From the NCBI GenBank assembly GCA_964187785.1, contig OZ076414.1, forward strand, positions 29,016,001-29,080,000: a stretch of 64,000 nucleotides of DNA, read 5' to 3'. This document shows positions 1-12,789 of the stretch, piece by piece (the first letter of the stretch is position 1; each line of letters begins with the position of its first letter). Made by a program: the position numbers and the translations under genes. Origin of the DNA: Amphiscolops sp. MND2022 (taxonomy: Eukaryota). The notes beneath the pieces were generated by a model that was not told the origin of the DNA, did no database searches, and saw nothing but the letters and a program-made list of their open reading frames with translations.

Positions 1-29
1 AAACAATTGAAACGGAAGAAGAAATCCTA

Positions 30-1907
30 TTGCAGAAAGAACAAGCTAGAGAAAATGCACGCGACGAGGAGACGACCAAAATCAAAATAGCCATCAAAGA
101 AACCACCCCAATCCCAATAAATAAGGCATCTTATACTTTTGGGGCAATAAAGGAAGACGCACGTATTAGAGTCGAGCAAGACTCGAACTTGGTTTTCAAA
201 GCAATCAAAAAGAAATTGATATGTGAAGAATATGACAAACATCTCTTACAAACTGATCCGACAGCAAAACGTCTCCTCATCCACGAAAACAGACTAATTG
301 TCAAAGACGGAATATTAATGCGCAAATATTACGGCGAATGTGGCCAAGTCGCCCACCACCAAATACTAATCCCTGAACACTTGGTTACAGAACTTCTGAA
401 AACAATACATGGACAAATGGGAAAACACCCAGGAATTACAAAAATGATTCAAGAATGTCGATCAAAGTACTATTACCCCGGTCTAGCAAAAAGAATCAGA
501 CAATGGGTAATGCAATGCGAAGACTGTATCAGATACAAACGGATTAACAATAGCCAAATCAGACCAAAAATGATCAACAATACGGAACATGTTCTCGGAC
601 CAGAAGATATCCTCGAAATCGACATACTACCGAACCTGCCAAATTCTGCAGGATATCAGAACATCGTCACAATGATAGACGTATTCTCAAGATATCTTTT
701 TGCATACCCAACGCAGAACGTCACAGCGAAAACAATCGGACGATGTATTGTCGACGTCATGACAAGACACGCATACTTGCCAACATTAATCTTATCAGAC
801 AAAGGCTCACAATTTCGATCAGAAGTCGTTACAGAAATAGCCCAGATACTCGAGATCCAAATCAGCCACGCATCCACGAAACATGCACAAACGATCGGAA
901 TCTTGGAAAGAACTCATGCGTCAATCAAAACCGCACTAAAAATTTCCACGGGCGAAAGACGTTCGATGTGGCATAAATACGTCCAAATAGCCGTAATGAA
1001 ATACAATACAACATACCATGAGACTCTGGGCTGCGAACCATCTACAGTATTCCACGGACGAATACCTTACAATGTCCTCGATCTAAAATTGGGGATCAAG
1101 CCCAAGTGGAAAACAACGCCCAACTCGGACATAGCAGAGCAAATACAAAAACAAATAGACGAAGTACGAGCGACAGCGAAGGACAATATAATGCTATCCT
1201 ACCTCAAATATAAAAAATATTACGACCGCAAAGCGTCCACAGCTCCACTGAAGATCAACGATTATTGTTACATACTCAATCCGAAAGCCGACAATCAATC
1301 GACAAAATTTGCGTTTCAAGATTGCATTTGGACAGGACCGTACATAGTGATCAAAGTGCTTTCCAATAATAACTACACAATACGAAAGATTGGCACGAGA
1401 TATACACAAACACTGCATCGAATCAGAATACGACCTTATGTGACAGATCAACGAATACCCGACGTCACAGTACGGTCAAACGAATACCTACCGGATCCAG
1501 ACGTTAAAGTATCACACAATGAATGGTATGCAGTCTCGTGGGAAATGGATTTCGGAAAACAAATCGACGAACTCGACACATCAAAAAATACGGAGACTGA
1601 ACAAAGAACAGAAATACAAGAGGTGACAAGTACAGACGACAACACGATGCCACAAAAATTAACCGACAAGACAGACGAAATGATACCGCCGTCACCGGAC
1701 TTTTCGAATCTCACTACAGACGTAGGGGATAACCCATATATACGTCACCCCCCACCCATTCAAAGTCCACCTATTCCCCCAAAATCTCCGCCTACAGTCG
1801 TTGGATATAATCCGAGAAAAACAGCGAAATATAATCTACGACCTAACCCTAAACCTAATGCTGACCCTGACTTTAGACGACTTGACGCAATAACTACGAC
1901 TCACTAA
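30..1907 (+). CDS. Gypsy/Ty3-type LTR retrotransposon pol, C-terminal part (integrase), 5'-truncated by the window edge
   Basis: 625-aa open ORF with an integrase Zn-binding region (H..GQMGKHPGITKM...CEDC), a DDE core (EIDIL, DVFSRY, LSDKGSQF, ILERTH) and a WTGPY motif, followed by a Pro-rich tail. Confidence 0.92.
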   Translation: MQKEQARENARDEETTKIKIAIKETTPIPINKASYTFGAIKEDARIRVEQDSNLVFKAIKKKLICEEYDKHLLQTDPTAKRLLIHENRLIVKDGILMRKYYGECGQVAHHQILIPEHLVTELLKTIHGQMGKHPGITKMIQECRSKYYYPGLAKRIRQWVMQCEDCIRYKRINNSQIRPKMINNTEHVLGPEDILEIDILPNLPNSAGYQNIVTMIDVFSRYLFAYPTQNVTAKTIGRCIVDVMTRHAYLPTLILSDKGSQFRSEVVTEIAQILEIQISHASTKHAQTIGILERTHASIKTALKISTGERRSMWHKYVQIAVMKYNTTYHETLGCEPSTVFHGRIPYNVLDLKLGIKPKWKTTPNSDIAEQIQKQIDEVRATAKDNIMLSYLKYKKYYDRKASTAPLKINDYCYILNPKADNQSTKFAFQDCIWTGPYIVIKVLSNNNYTIRKIGTRYTQTLHRIRIRPYVTDQRIPDVTVRSNEYLPDPDVKVSHNEWYAVSWEMDFGKQIDELDTSKNTETEQRTEIQEVTSTDDNTMPQKLTDKTDEMIPPSPDFSNLTTDVGDNPYIRHPPPIQSPPIPPKSPPTVVGYNPRKTAKYNLRPNPKPNADPDFRRLDAITTTH

Positions 1908-2120
1908 AGATGAAAAGATAAATTCAGGAGTCCAGGCCGAACCGAACTGACAATTTTCAATTTACAGGCATACTACGACCTGAATAAATGTATTTTTCCT
2001 TTTATCACTCCAAATGTCATACTCCAGTTTGTATTCAATAATATATCACAAAGAATAACAACAAAGAAATAAAACAACAACTACAATTCATACTACTGCG
2101 TACACAAAGATGAAGAAGAT

Positions 2121-5100
2121 TCATTTTCTCTCTGAACCCCCAGCAATTCCCTTACTCGAAGACTGCCCCGACTTCTTCTTACTCTTCTTTGATGCAGGTT
2201 CTCCAGTCCCCTCAACACTCTTCTTACGACCAAGCAATGAGGCAATACTTCCGTACACCTTCGTCTTACTAGGGCGAACAGAACTAGATCCCCCCGACGA
2301 AGAGCATGGGGGTGCGGAAACAGATGAAGCTGCCGGACTTTCTGATTGTGAGGAACATCCACCTTCACCACCACTTTCCACACTGTGACTAGGATCACCC
2401 ACACCACAGGGTGATTAACAACTGTTGCTCCTTTTGCGACTGATACGGTCATTGAATAAACGACGATAACGATCAACAAACGCAGACTGACCACCACTAC
2501 ACAAGCCGTCCCAAGGGTCAAAATCAGAGCACAACATAAAGGAGCTAGCACTGGCAATCGACTTCCGAACTTCACCAATCGTAAACTTTGTAAAAAATGA
2601 CCCCAGCTTGAACTCCGAAGACACAACACAACTCTGAACGCCCTGAATACACGTCGTGACAACAAGTTCAGGAACTGCGCAACCACTGCGATCTAAGTCT
2701 ACTGCTGGAAATGTCATTCGAGGCTTTGAGACAACCAAACAGCACAGTTTGAACACTCGGCACAATGACTTGCGAGCCAAAAAACTGTAATCGGATAGTA
2801 GATGATGGCGAACATCTTGGATAGCCTCAGCAATCCCTCCACTACTGACGTGTCGCGCTCGAGCATCAACAACAAACGTCGAATATTCTTCGGTAGCTGA
2901 CTTTGACTCCAATGCAGAGATGACCCCACTCCGCTCTAACACACGGATCAACTTGCGAAACAACAATAACATATGATGGTCATCCCCCTCCAATAGCAAC
3001 TCCGGCCAGAAGGAGTAAATACCTTGCGCAAGATCTCCAGTAACAGACTGCTGCGACAAAATGACAGTGACAAGACGATCCATGAATTTGCCACAGAGGC
3101 CCCGGAAAACTTGAGATTCTCCACCTTTATGACGACGAAGAACAGCGCCAAACTCATGGTTACACAGAAAATCGGCAGCAGCAACATTCTCATAAGTTTT
3201 CAGTTTTGACGGGTCCATATACTCCTCCCATGCATCCAGACTGGGAAGAGAACCGAGCTTGCGACTGCGCGACAAACAGTAGACAAATTGGCAAACTTCC
3301 ATATACCCATGAAACCCGTAGTCAGGGCGACAAGCCAACTGTTTCTTGAACGAACACGAGTCTGAAACACAATATACCGACCAATAACCAGAATGAAAGA
3401 GAAAAAACAACAGTGTTTCCCCCACCCACTCCGTGCACAAGGAAAATAACACATAACAAACACGCTACATGAAAACCCAAGAAAACTAGACACCAGAATC
3501 ATACTCACGGAGTTCCAGGATATGCAAGAACAGGCCCAGACGCAATTCGCCAGTAGACTCAGAGTAGACATGCCAATCAGTGCCACGCATCTGCAACATA
3601 CAGCCAACACTACTAAAGACCCGTTCACAACCACATGAACAATGAAGACTACATGAAAAATCACGACTAAATAAAAAAAAAGGAAAAGAAAGACAAAGAA
3701 TTTCTTACTCGGCCAGCTCCAGTCTTGAAATGTCGAGGACCAGTGTGTCTGACAAAATCCTGCACCGAGGACCACACGGCAATCAAGTCAGTAACGACAG
3801 CTTGCAAATCTACGAAGTCGACACGGCCAGCAACGATGCAGCGACGAAGATTAGGCACACTCTCACACCAGGACTCCTGCAGAGCACCTCGTAACCGAAG
3901 CATGAGATAATCGACCATTGTCGTAGTCTCTAGGCCACCGAACACTTCTTGATGAGCAAGTCGGAAGCAATACAAAAATACTTCAGCGTCGAACTCCCGG
4001 TACATGAGGAACTCACGTCCATCCACTCGAGTATCGCTGAAAACCCGCAACAAGGTCGGACTACCACCATGACAGGACAACGGCATCTGACATGAGGCAG
4101 TACTATCAATAACGCGAGATAGTCCAGCTAACTCAGCTTCAGGAACACGTTGCCCAACTGACTCCACCCTCACACAGACGCTCATCAACGTGTGGTCATC
4201 AAAAGTTTGAACAAAGCATTTGTGCAAACCATCCACCTCTGCAAAGAAGACACTGTATTCTCGAAAGGCACTAATCCGAGCAACGAGAGCGCGCAACACT
4301 CGTGGGAAGAGGGCTCCACAAATCAACGACTAAAACATAACAACGAATGCCCACTATATTTAAACAAAAAAGGGGAAAAGAAAGGAAAAACAGCAAAAAA
4401 AAGAGGACCAAACCCCCATCTGAATTAAAACCAAAACAAAATACCAACCAATGACTCCGATCGGCTCCACTGTATGCTGTACAGAGGGTTCTCGGGTCCA
4501 AGAGTTGCACGGAAACATCCCCACAACTTCCGCAAAAGGCTATAACTACCACCAAATCGCAACAGTTCGATCAAGCAATTAACCATCGTCATGAGGGGCA
4601 CGCTCGAATCTGTCTGGACGCAAGCAGGAAGCAAATCTTCGGGGAAACTGAATCCCTCATCTTTTCCTTTACTGGGACGATTGCGGTACTCTTCCAACTG
4701 TGCATCACTTAGAACCATGGGATCCATGAGGCGATTGTACACTGGCAAACCATTCTGCACACGATAAGTGACATCGAGTTGCCAGTGACGCTTCCCAAAA
4801 AAAGTGCCGACTAAACTCGGCAGCACCCCGCGACTCCATGGAGACGTCCCGCTGACAAATCATGCAGTGAAACAGCTTGCTGGAGCCAGTACTTGAGCCG
4901 CTAACGAAAAGCTCATAGATGGGATTTCCAGCGACCATATCCCGTCGAAGATGATTTCGTGGGCTATACACACGTTTCCGACTGCGATCAGCACTTTCCA
5001 GGGTCGTCTCCATCCGATTGATCAATTCTTCAAAACCTGCAATAAACCAACTATCACATAACTAAGCACCACGAGACAAAACTGTGGAAACAAACAAGAA

Positions 5101-6199
5101 AAGACGAATCGCTCCAATTAGTTGATACACCAAATACAAGAATATACTCACGAGCAACGAAAGGGTCCAACGTGTGATTCTCCGCATCTGAAATGCCAGC
5201 CCTTGACATCTCACCAGGTTGTACAGCCATGCCAGGCAACGCTGTAACCAACTCACACGTCTCGTCTGCGTCCAACAAACTGAATCGCACAGTCGGTTCA
5301 GCAATCCCCGTCCTATCCTTCAAGGAAGACTTCGAAGCAGACTGGTCACCAGTCCCACCATCCTCAGGGACAATAAGCTGTACTAAAACAGAAAGAAACT
5401 TTCCCGCATCAGCTGAGACAACCACAACGATACAATTCCCCCTATTTTTTTTCTTTTCTTTCTTTTCTCTCTCACTCTCACGTATACACATAAAAATTTA
5501 AAAGTCATCAACAGACCAACTCACCATGTTTATTCTTCGACGACACAGCTTCAGCTCCGCCGGATGCTACTTCTTGTCGCAAGAATGACGAAAACCGCGG
5601 AGAAACAGTAGTCTGGCTACTCCCTGCTCCCTCTTTGAGAGGGGGGGGGGGGAGCCCCCTCACCTTCGTGAGCGACCGCAACAACAGTGGGAGCAGCAAC
5701 CTTGATGATGTCAGCCAAAGGAACGTCAGAATCACTAGAGCCATGCAAATCGGGAGAGGCAGGAGCAGGAACATCAACTGGAGAATCAGTAGCATGGTGC
5801 GTCGAATCAGCAAGAGGCACAAGAGAAACTCCAGAGAGATCACCAGGAAGAGAAGCTTTGAGCGCAGTGTCGGAAGCCCCAGCCAAAGGAGAAGAAAACG
5901 TCGGTCCTGGCAACAAATAAACATCCCATAACGACGCGTCAGAAAATCTAAGCTGTGAAAGATGCAAACAGAAAAAGGCCAATCTGTAAATAGCATTAAT
6001 TCACGGAAAGCTTAAAGGAATGGGGAACAACAAACTCATCTGTTGCAGGCCGACGAACAACGTCCGCATCACTGGGATAAATGTCTCCCTCAGAAAAGAC
6101 AAACTGGGTCTCATTGCCGCTCTGAGCGCCGGTGTCAAGACGAAACCGAGGAGTTTCTTCATTCATCACAAATGGCAGGAATCTGAAAACAACAACCAA
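2121..6199 (-). pseudogene. Antisense, multi-exon accessory gene downstream of pol (C2H2-type Zn finger plus conserved C-terminal domain); frameshifted in this copy
   Basis: Chain of minus-strand ORF pieces (5996-6199, 5617-5982, 5062-5304, 4705-5025, 4425-4826, 3667-4326, 2415-3452, 2121-2402) separated by short T-rich, intron-like gaps. The Zn finger CMICQRDVSMESRGAAEFSRHFF/GKRH is split by a frameshift. Visibly homologous to the gene at 54204-58782. Exact exon boundaries not resolved. Confidence 0.6.
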
Positions 6200-6201
6200 A
6201 T

Positions 6202-6504
6202 TGACGTCATCATAACGGTGACAAAAGCAAAGTTAGCTAAGCTAGCGAAATTGACGTCGGCATAACGTCGGCAAAAAGGTTATCTGGGTTAAGAAATTAA
6301 TCCGATACCCTAAAATGACGTCATCATAACGGTGACAAAAGTAAAAGTTAGCTAAGCTAGCGAAATTGACGTCGGCATAACGTCGGCAAAAAGGTTATCC
6401 GGGTTAAGAGATCAATCCGATACCCTAAAATGACGTCATCAAAACGGTGACAAGAATCAAAGTTAGCTAAGCTAGCGCAATGACGTCAGCATAACGTTGA
6501 CAAG
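6202..6504. repeat. ~115-bp tandem repeat (~2.6 copies) rich in TGACGTCA (CRE/ATF-like) motifs
   Basis: Unit starts tgacgtcatc at 6202, 6316 and 6431. Confidence 0.85.
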
Positions 6505-6715
6505 CTCAGCCGAACAAATTAATTTAACCAACAACCAATAAAATTCAATGTCGACATATCGCCAACACCTGAAGATTAAAAAGGATTAAAATGACTGAAC
6601 AGCCAATCAAAATGCAGGGAATTTTTCCAATAATTTCACTAAGCCTAATCAACCCCGAAATTCATTGTGAAACAATCAAACTTGAAAAACAGAAGTCAAG
6701 AAATTTCGCCGCAGA

Positions 6716-7447
6716 ATGAACAACTTGTTAGACATCTACGAACTGATTGACATCTCGTCATCAAGCGAGGAGGAGGGTGAAATAACAAGATCGTCCACCC
6801 CAATACCGAGTGACAGCAGGGCCTATCCGGGATTGGTCATCGAAATTCTGAACTCATCAGCAGAGGCGAACGCAGATGAAGAAGAATACCTCGACCTATC
6901 GGTAAATTCGCTAGAAACAGAATGCAAGAAAATGAAGCTGAGTGAGTCGTTCTCTAGTTTTGAAACTGTAGAATCGGGACAATACCCTCACTCTGAGTCG
7001 ACCGAAGAAGTTATTGCTGACTCCCCGGAAAGCCCTGATGAGAGCTTGTCTTCGGACATATTCATAGTAGAAGCCCCAGCTGTACAAACCGAATCAGTAA
7101 CAAGTAGCAAAGTAGCCGAATATCTGGAGAAGATACAGCAGGATGACGCCTCTTCATACTTTATCACGCCCCCTGGTCCACTGAGAAGAATAAATCCGAG
7201 GACATCTAGCCCTCTAAACGATCTGGAGGAGCCGAAATTTGCGCTAGACGAAGCCAAGGAAAACTACACTCGCGAAAATCACCTGCGACAGGCGTTCGAT
7301 TTCTACCAACCCGGTAAAGCCGTTCGCCCCATGACAGTGGCCCTGTCACAGTCCGCTCCCGGACTGGATTGCGGATGCAGGAGAGTTGGTTTTGGGCGTG
7401 GACATGGGTGCACCGCAAGACTCACGAAGAGGTATTTTGGTTATTAA
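6716..7447 (+). CDS. Hypothetical acidic/Ser-rich protein (243 aa), probably retroelement-associated
   Basis: ATG-initiated ORF of low-complexity composition with no motif I recognise. Confidence 0.35.
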   Translation: MNNLLDIYELIDISSSSEEEGEITRSSTPIPSDSRAYPGLVIEILNSSAEANADEEEYLDLSVNSLETECKKMKLSESFSSFETVESGQYPHSESTEEVIADSPESPDESLSSDIFIVEAPAVQTESVTSSKVAEYLEKIQQDDASSYFITPPGPLRRINPRTSSPLNDLEEPKFALDEAKENYTRENHLRQAFDFYQPGKAVRPMTVALSQSAPGLDCGCRRVGFGRGHGCTARLTKRYFGY

Positions 7448-8192
7448 CTCGAACTCTAACTAAATTTAAATAAACTGTGACTTGAAATGCAATAATACTT
7501 TTGCCTAACAAAATTCCAAATAAAACTAAAAAACGCGTTCTAAATTTTTCATGCTCTCGCAAAATTGAATAAAATAGTACCGGAAATGTAAAATACACAT
7601 TTACCGCGCGCAAATTTGGGCGGAAATGAAATAAGGAAGCAAAGAATACAAAATGATTTCACGTATGTTTGGCTGGACGAGTCAACCACGACAAATGAAA
7701 CATTCACAACCTGAAAATCAGAATAAAACTATCCCAAGAATAAAGAGACCATAAACTAATCTAAATGGAAATACATCAAAACTAATCCCGAAAAATTGCA
7801 TTTCATTCGGACCTAAAACAGGAAATTACAGTGAGACAACACACCGTGGTAGTTAAGCCTTTTCTTAGAAAGACAGCTTAATTACTCTTTTGAACAGCAA
7901 TTAAAGTGATTTAGGACGTCAATACTGCGCTGAGTAAACAAAGCGGCGAAAGAAACAAGAATACATGTATATTTGTCGTCAGTAAGACGCAGACAAGTTT
8001 GAAGGCATACCAATTGACGTCACTGCCTCGCATAAGCGTACCAGGAAATCATTCCAATTATCCGCCTATACTGATAGCATAGGTAGAAATCATTCCAATT
8101 TACCGCCAGCGTGACGTCACTGCTCCGGTAACGAACGAGAGACCCATTTCTAAAATACTCGTCAGCATTGCGTCAAACTAGTCAAAATCTCT

Positions 8193-8291
8193 ACTCTGCC
8201 AAGAAAACTCGTCAACATGACGTTGACAAGTTTATGAAATCCAACTCTGCCAAGAAAACTCGTCAACATGACGTTGACAAGTTTATGAAAT
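8193..8291. repeat. 51-bp-period direct duplication containing a gtcaac-N5-gttgac palindrome
   Basis: actctgccaagaaaactcgtcaacatgacgttgacaagtttatgaaat occurs at 8193 and 8244. Confidence 0.85.
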
Positions 8292-9423
8292 TGAATAAAG
8301 TGAATGAATTTGCTGGATTTAGTCAAGTTTTCATCGCGCAAATACTGTTATTTCCTAAAGAGAGAAAATTGCAGGCTGTTGCAAATAGTATAACGAATGT
8401 ATTGCTGATTTTCCATGGTTTAAGGTCCCAACTTAGAATGCGTTTTGGCACATATAGGATAGTTTCAACCTCACGTTAAGTAACAATCATGTATCCTTAA
8501 CAATAAAGAAGTTTCAGTGCACGAATCATTTTATTACAAGATTTCGCGGTAGATTAATGAGTAAGTCACAGTTTATTCTCTCCTACTAAGAAGCATATTG
8601 TGTACCGGAAATGTATTTTTCATATATTTTGCATTTTTTGTACTCTACAACGTTGAACACTGTACTTGTGATTGTGATCATGTCTTCCTATATTAGTACG
8701 TCCGTTGCTGTCCAGTTGTTTACGTTGTGTCGATGTTGCTATTTAACAAACGTTGCTGTTAATTTTGTAAATTTTGTCGTGTTTGACACGACATGACAAA
8801 GTTGCTAACAAATATTATTTTCATATCATGATTTCATTCTCATCTCTAGCATAGGATTGAGTCCAAATTCATAAAATATCGTCCTAGCATCGATCAAATA
8901 TTCCTATTTTGAAATTAGTCATAGCATTTTTATCAAAGCGAAATTCAAAATCAGGTATTTTTTGTTCACGTCAGCGTCATCTCAGCGTCAATTTCCCGCG
9001 AACCAAAGCAGTAAAACAGGGAAGCATTTCCGGTTTGACAGACTGAAGTAATATCTACTTCCTGCTTGGGAGGAAACAAAAGGACGCCGAGATGAAATGA
9101 TATGATCAAATTTGATGACTAATACTAAATGAAGATCATCGTGTCTCAAAAATTGACGAAATGTCGATGTAAAATTGGGAACAAAATGATTTTTTCATCG
9201 ATAATACAGGAAATGACTAATTGTTCAAGGGAAATTAGGGCTTTGTTCGTGATCAAATGATGCTGGGAGGGTATAAATATGATAGGATTTGACGATTGAG
9301 GGACTCAGTCTTTTGCAATTGTACAATTCAATTGAATTTTCAATTTCACTCTTGCCTTGTTCTACTTTGTCAGAAAAATCTTTGAAAGAAATTCAATTCT
9401 CCAAGATCAAACTTTTCTACAAA

Positions 9424-9820
9424 ATGTCAACTACAAGAAGCCAAAAAAGAAGGAACGATCAGCAAAACACCAGTGAGAACGTAAGTGAAGGCTTGATTTC
9501 ACCCATAGTAGTAGGAAATCCTTGTTCTCCGAATCAGGACGATGTGGTAGCTGGGCCTTCTAAACCAAAATCCCCCCGGATTGAAAATAGTCTTCTTGAA
9601 AGCTTGAGAGTTTCCTTAAAGGAAGAAATAACGTCAGAGATCAAAAATCTTCTTATTGAATCTCAGAAGGAGATGTTGAAACTCCTTAAACCTGAAACAA
9701 GAAGGATCATTAGAGAAAATACTGAAGGAGAGGAAGAAGAGGAAACTAGGAGTTTCTATACACCAACAAAATCAGTTAGGATAAGTTCTACTCAAAACGA
9801 CCCGATAGTATGCCGTAACA
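9424..9820 (+). other. Possible LTR 3' portion carrying the start of a gag-like ORF (MSTTRSQKRR...), ending at a candidate LTR terminus CGTAACA
   Basis: ORF 9289-9900 runs through CGTAACA (9814-9820). The reverse complement TGTTACG sits at 53709-53715, at the matching position for the minus-strand Gypsy element. No second LTR is in the window to confirm this. Confidence 0.3.
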
Positions 9821-11595
9821 ACCAGTTGTCCTATTTTCCATTAAACGGTAAGGACAACGAGATTGATGATGAATATCTGAAATTCCAAGAAGGAGCATGA
9901 AAGGACCAGGATTGAAAAGCGTTTCATTTGTATGAATCGTGAGATTTTCGAATTGACTAGTATAGTAAAAACACCAACGGAGAAACATGTCTATCAGCAA
10001 AGAAGAGAATGACAAACTTCCTATCAACTGCAATATCCAGTCGTTCCGACATACACAGCATCAAAATATGAAAGAAACAAAGGCAAACAGTATCGAACAG
10101 TGGTGAACTTTCATCACTTAACGACGGGAAATGGAAAAGCAGTTGAAGATTCTCGAAATTAAAAAAGGAACATTCAATAACGCTGCTTATTACAGTACTT
10201 CGTTGAAAATCTGATCTCTATCATAGTAACGGATTGGCTTGGGCATATCTCAATTTATTGTGCCACGAAAGAGTAGCGATGCTTCTAGATGATCTTTTAA
10301 AAGAACCCCAAAGACCAGGAGACAAGTTTTGTGAATTTTTGTGGTTGAATTTTCAGTGCTTGTATCCCGAAACTCTATCGTGTGAAGTTTTCTAGGGTTG
10401 ATTGATTACGTTTTATTTGGTTATCGTCGAAACCTGACACTTGTGCCTGTAATGTTGTTTCATTTGTTGTGGCTTCCTGTGGCAGTAAAAGAGTATTGAT
10501 GCTCAGTTTAAACGATTCAGGAGAGAAATCTCTTTCCTATAGAATCTTCATCAGTGGCAACCTGTATGTGGTCCCAATGATCGGCTCCACTGCTCTAAGA
10601 GCTACAAAGGATGGATGTTCTCGCCCCATGGATGTGTTTGATCTAGGAGGTCATCCAATATCCAGGACACTCCTGCAACACTACTCACAACAAGGAGTTC
10701 AGCTGCTTGTTCAAAATACTTTTCTTCCATAAATTTCATTGAATAGTTAATTTAGCGTTCGAAAGGTCGCCCTACTGAATCTTTTTTACCTTTGTAGAAT
10801 AATTTAGAACTTTCTCTGTAACTGTATTTGATATAGTAAAGTTGAGTCGTTTGTCGACCTAGGTTGTTCAATGGTGACTAATGTTGAACCATGTGTTCTC
10901 CTGGTCAGGTGCTTCAGAATATGCGTTTCCAATTAGCAGTTTTTGGTGAAAAGTACCATGATCTACAAACTTTTTCAAAAATAAAATAATGTCAACCGAA
11001 CCCTGTTGCATTTTGCACTTTCAAAAATTAATTTTTCAAAATGTCATGTAGGAACATTTTTCGACCTCAAGATTGGCTTTGTCGTAGCAAACTGCAAAAA
11101 CCTTTTGAAATAATACCAAGAGTACAATAGTTCAACAATTTTTCATCTTGGTCAACGTTCATGATTCCACTAATACCCGCGACTTGAGTAACTTTTTTGC
11201 TTCGTTGAAAAGCTGGATCTGTATTCACTAACTGATTGGCTTTGGCATATCAAAAGTTATTTTGCCACGATAGAAGAGAGACAGTTCAAGACACGGAAAT
11301 CACAGCCTTGTTCCAATTGATGCAATAACGAAGAATGTCAAGCAATTGAAGAATTCCGTAAAATTTTAATTATGTTTGAATGGTTTAGTTTTTGTCCCGT
11401 TGCTATTTATAATCCTAAAAACACAAAAACATATTTTGAAGCAGCGGAGTGAATCATTTCGGGATAATGTTTGCTTAAAGGACTGTTCATGTGCCCCATT
11501 CAGCCGAATACAAATTAGAACCGCACAAACTTGGTAGGACTTGAAGTCATTCACTAAGTACTACTTATCAAAACATCATAAAGGCAGAATCATGG

Positions 11596-11766
11596 CGTGC
11601 ACAACGATGAGAGGTTATAATTGACTAGTTACCTCGCCAGCAGTTCGTCAGAAATGGCGTCTGTTGGTTAACCGCGAACATGTCCAGTACATAAGTAGCA
11701 CCTGTTCCATTTTTTGGGGTTTGTATGGTTCAGGCTTCTTGCATTTGCAAGACCAAATTAATATTA
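11596..11766 (+). repeat. 171-bp direct repeat, left copy (left boundary of the rDNA unit)
   Basis: Matches 52871-53041 with one mismatch seen (gaacatgtcc vs gaacaagtcc). Flanks differ on both sides. Confidence 0.95.
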
Positions 11767-12789
11767 CACCTGGGTGAGGGTAATATTAATAACCAACTGC
11801 CCGGTTTGCATTGTATGCACCATAAATACAAGAGGTACATTAGGGCCAAAGGCCGCTTACTGGATGAGGAGGGACTCAGAACGCATGTACACTTACAACA
11901 AAGAATGCTTGTAAATACACTTGCTTCTAAATACTTGTAAAGCATGAAAGCAAGTTGAAGCTTGTGTAGTACATCCGTGTGGTCTAGAGGCTCCCGCGAT
12001 GTGAGGGACTTGACGCCAATGACTCGAATATCGAATCGAATTGAATCGAATTCGAATCATGTCTCGTCTTATCGTCTATGACCGCCGAAGTTGGTGCGAG
12101 ATGACTCATTCGCGTTTTAGTTGGGTCAAGTTGATACTGTATCTGTCCGTCTTACAGATGCAGGAGCATGATACTTGATTGAATAATAATTGTATGGTTG
12201 TATATCTATCTTGTTGCTCTCGGCTTTTCCTATGTAATGCAACAAGAGTGTGTAAGATTGGGGTTGTACACTACACATGAACGAATACAACATACGATTA
12301 TGAACTTAGCTGGGTTCACTTAAGTGCTTACTCACTCACTCACTTTGAGGTGCAGTGCAGTGCAGTGCAGTGCATGTGTTCTCGGCGGTACTGCCGTTAA
12401 AGTACAGCTGTAGTGCTACTACTACTACTGTATGGCAGTACGCAATACTAAATCTTTGGGTTGTGGCTTACACTATAGCGTAATACTATCACTTGATATG
12501 ATGGGCTGTGATAGGTGCTGTAGTTTGTAGTCATAACCTTTTCAACCAGCCATCCTCTAGAGATGGTCGTCGTTCCTCTTACTCTTTCTTCCTCCCCTCA
12601 TCTTTGATAGGAGGAAAGAGGCGACGGAGATCACTTTGGTGACGATCGAGTAGATGCTCTATCTTGTCGTCTATCTACTTACCCCTCAAAGATAGACTTT
12701 TCAGAGCGTGAAATCTGCTCGGTTCGAGAAGTGATCTTTGGTGTGAAAGATAGTGTTTTGTGGAGTACATGATGATGATGATGATGATG

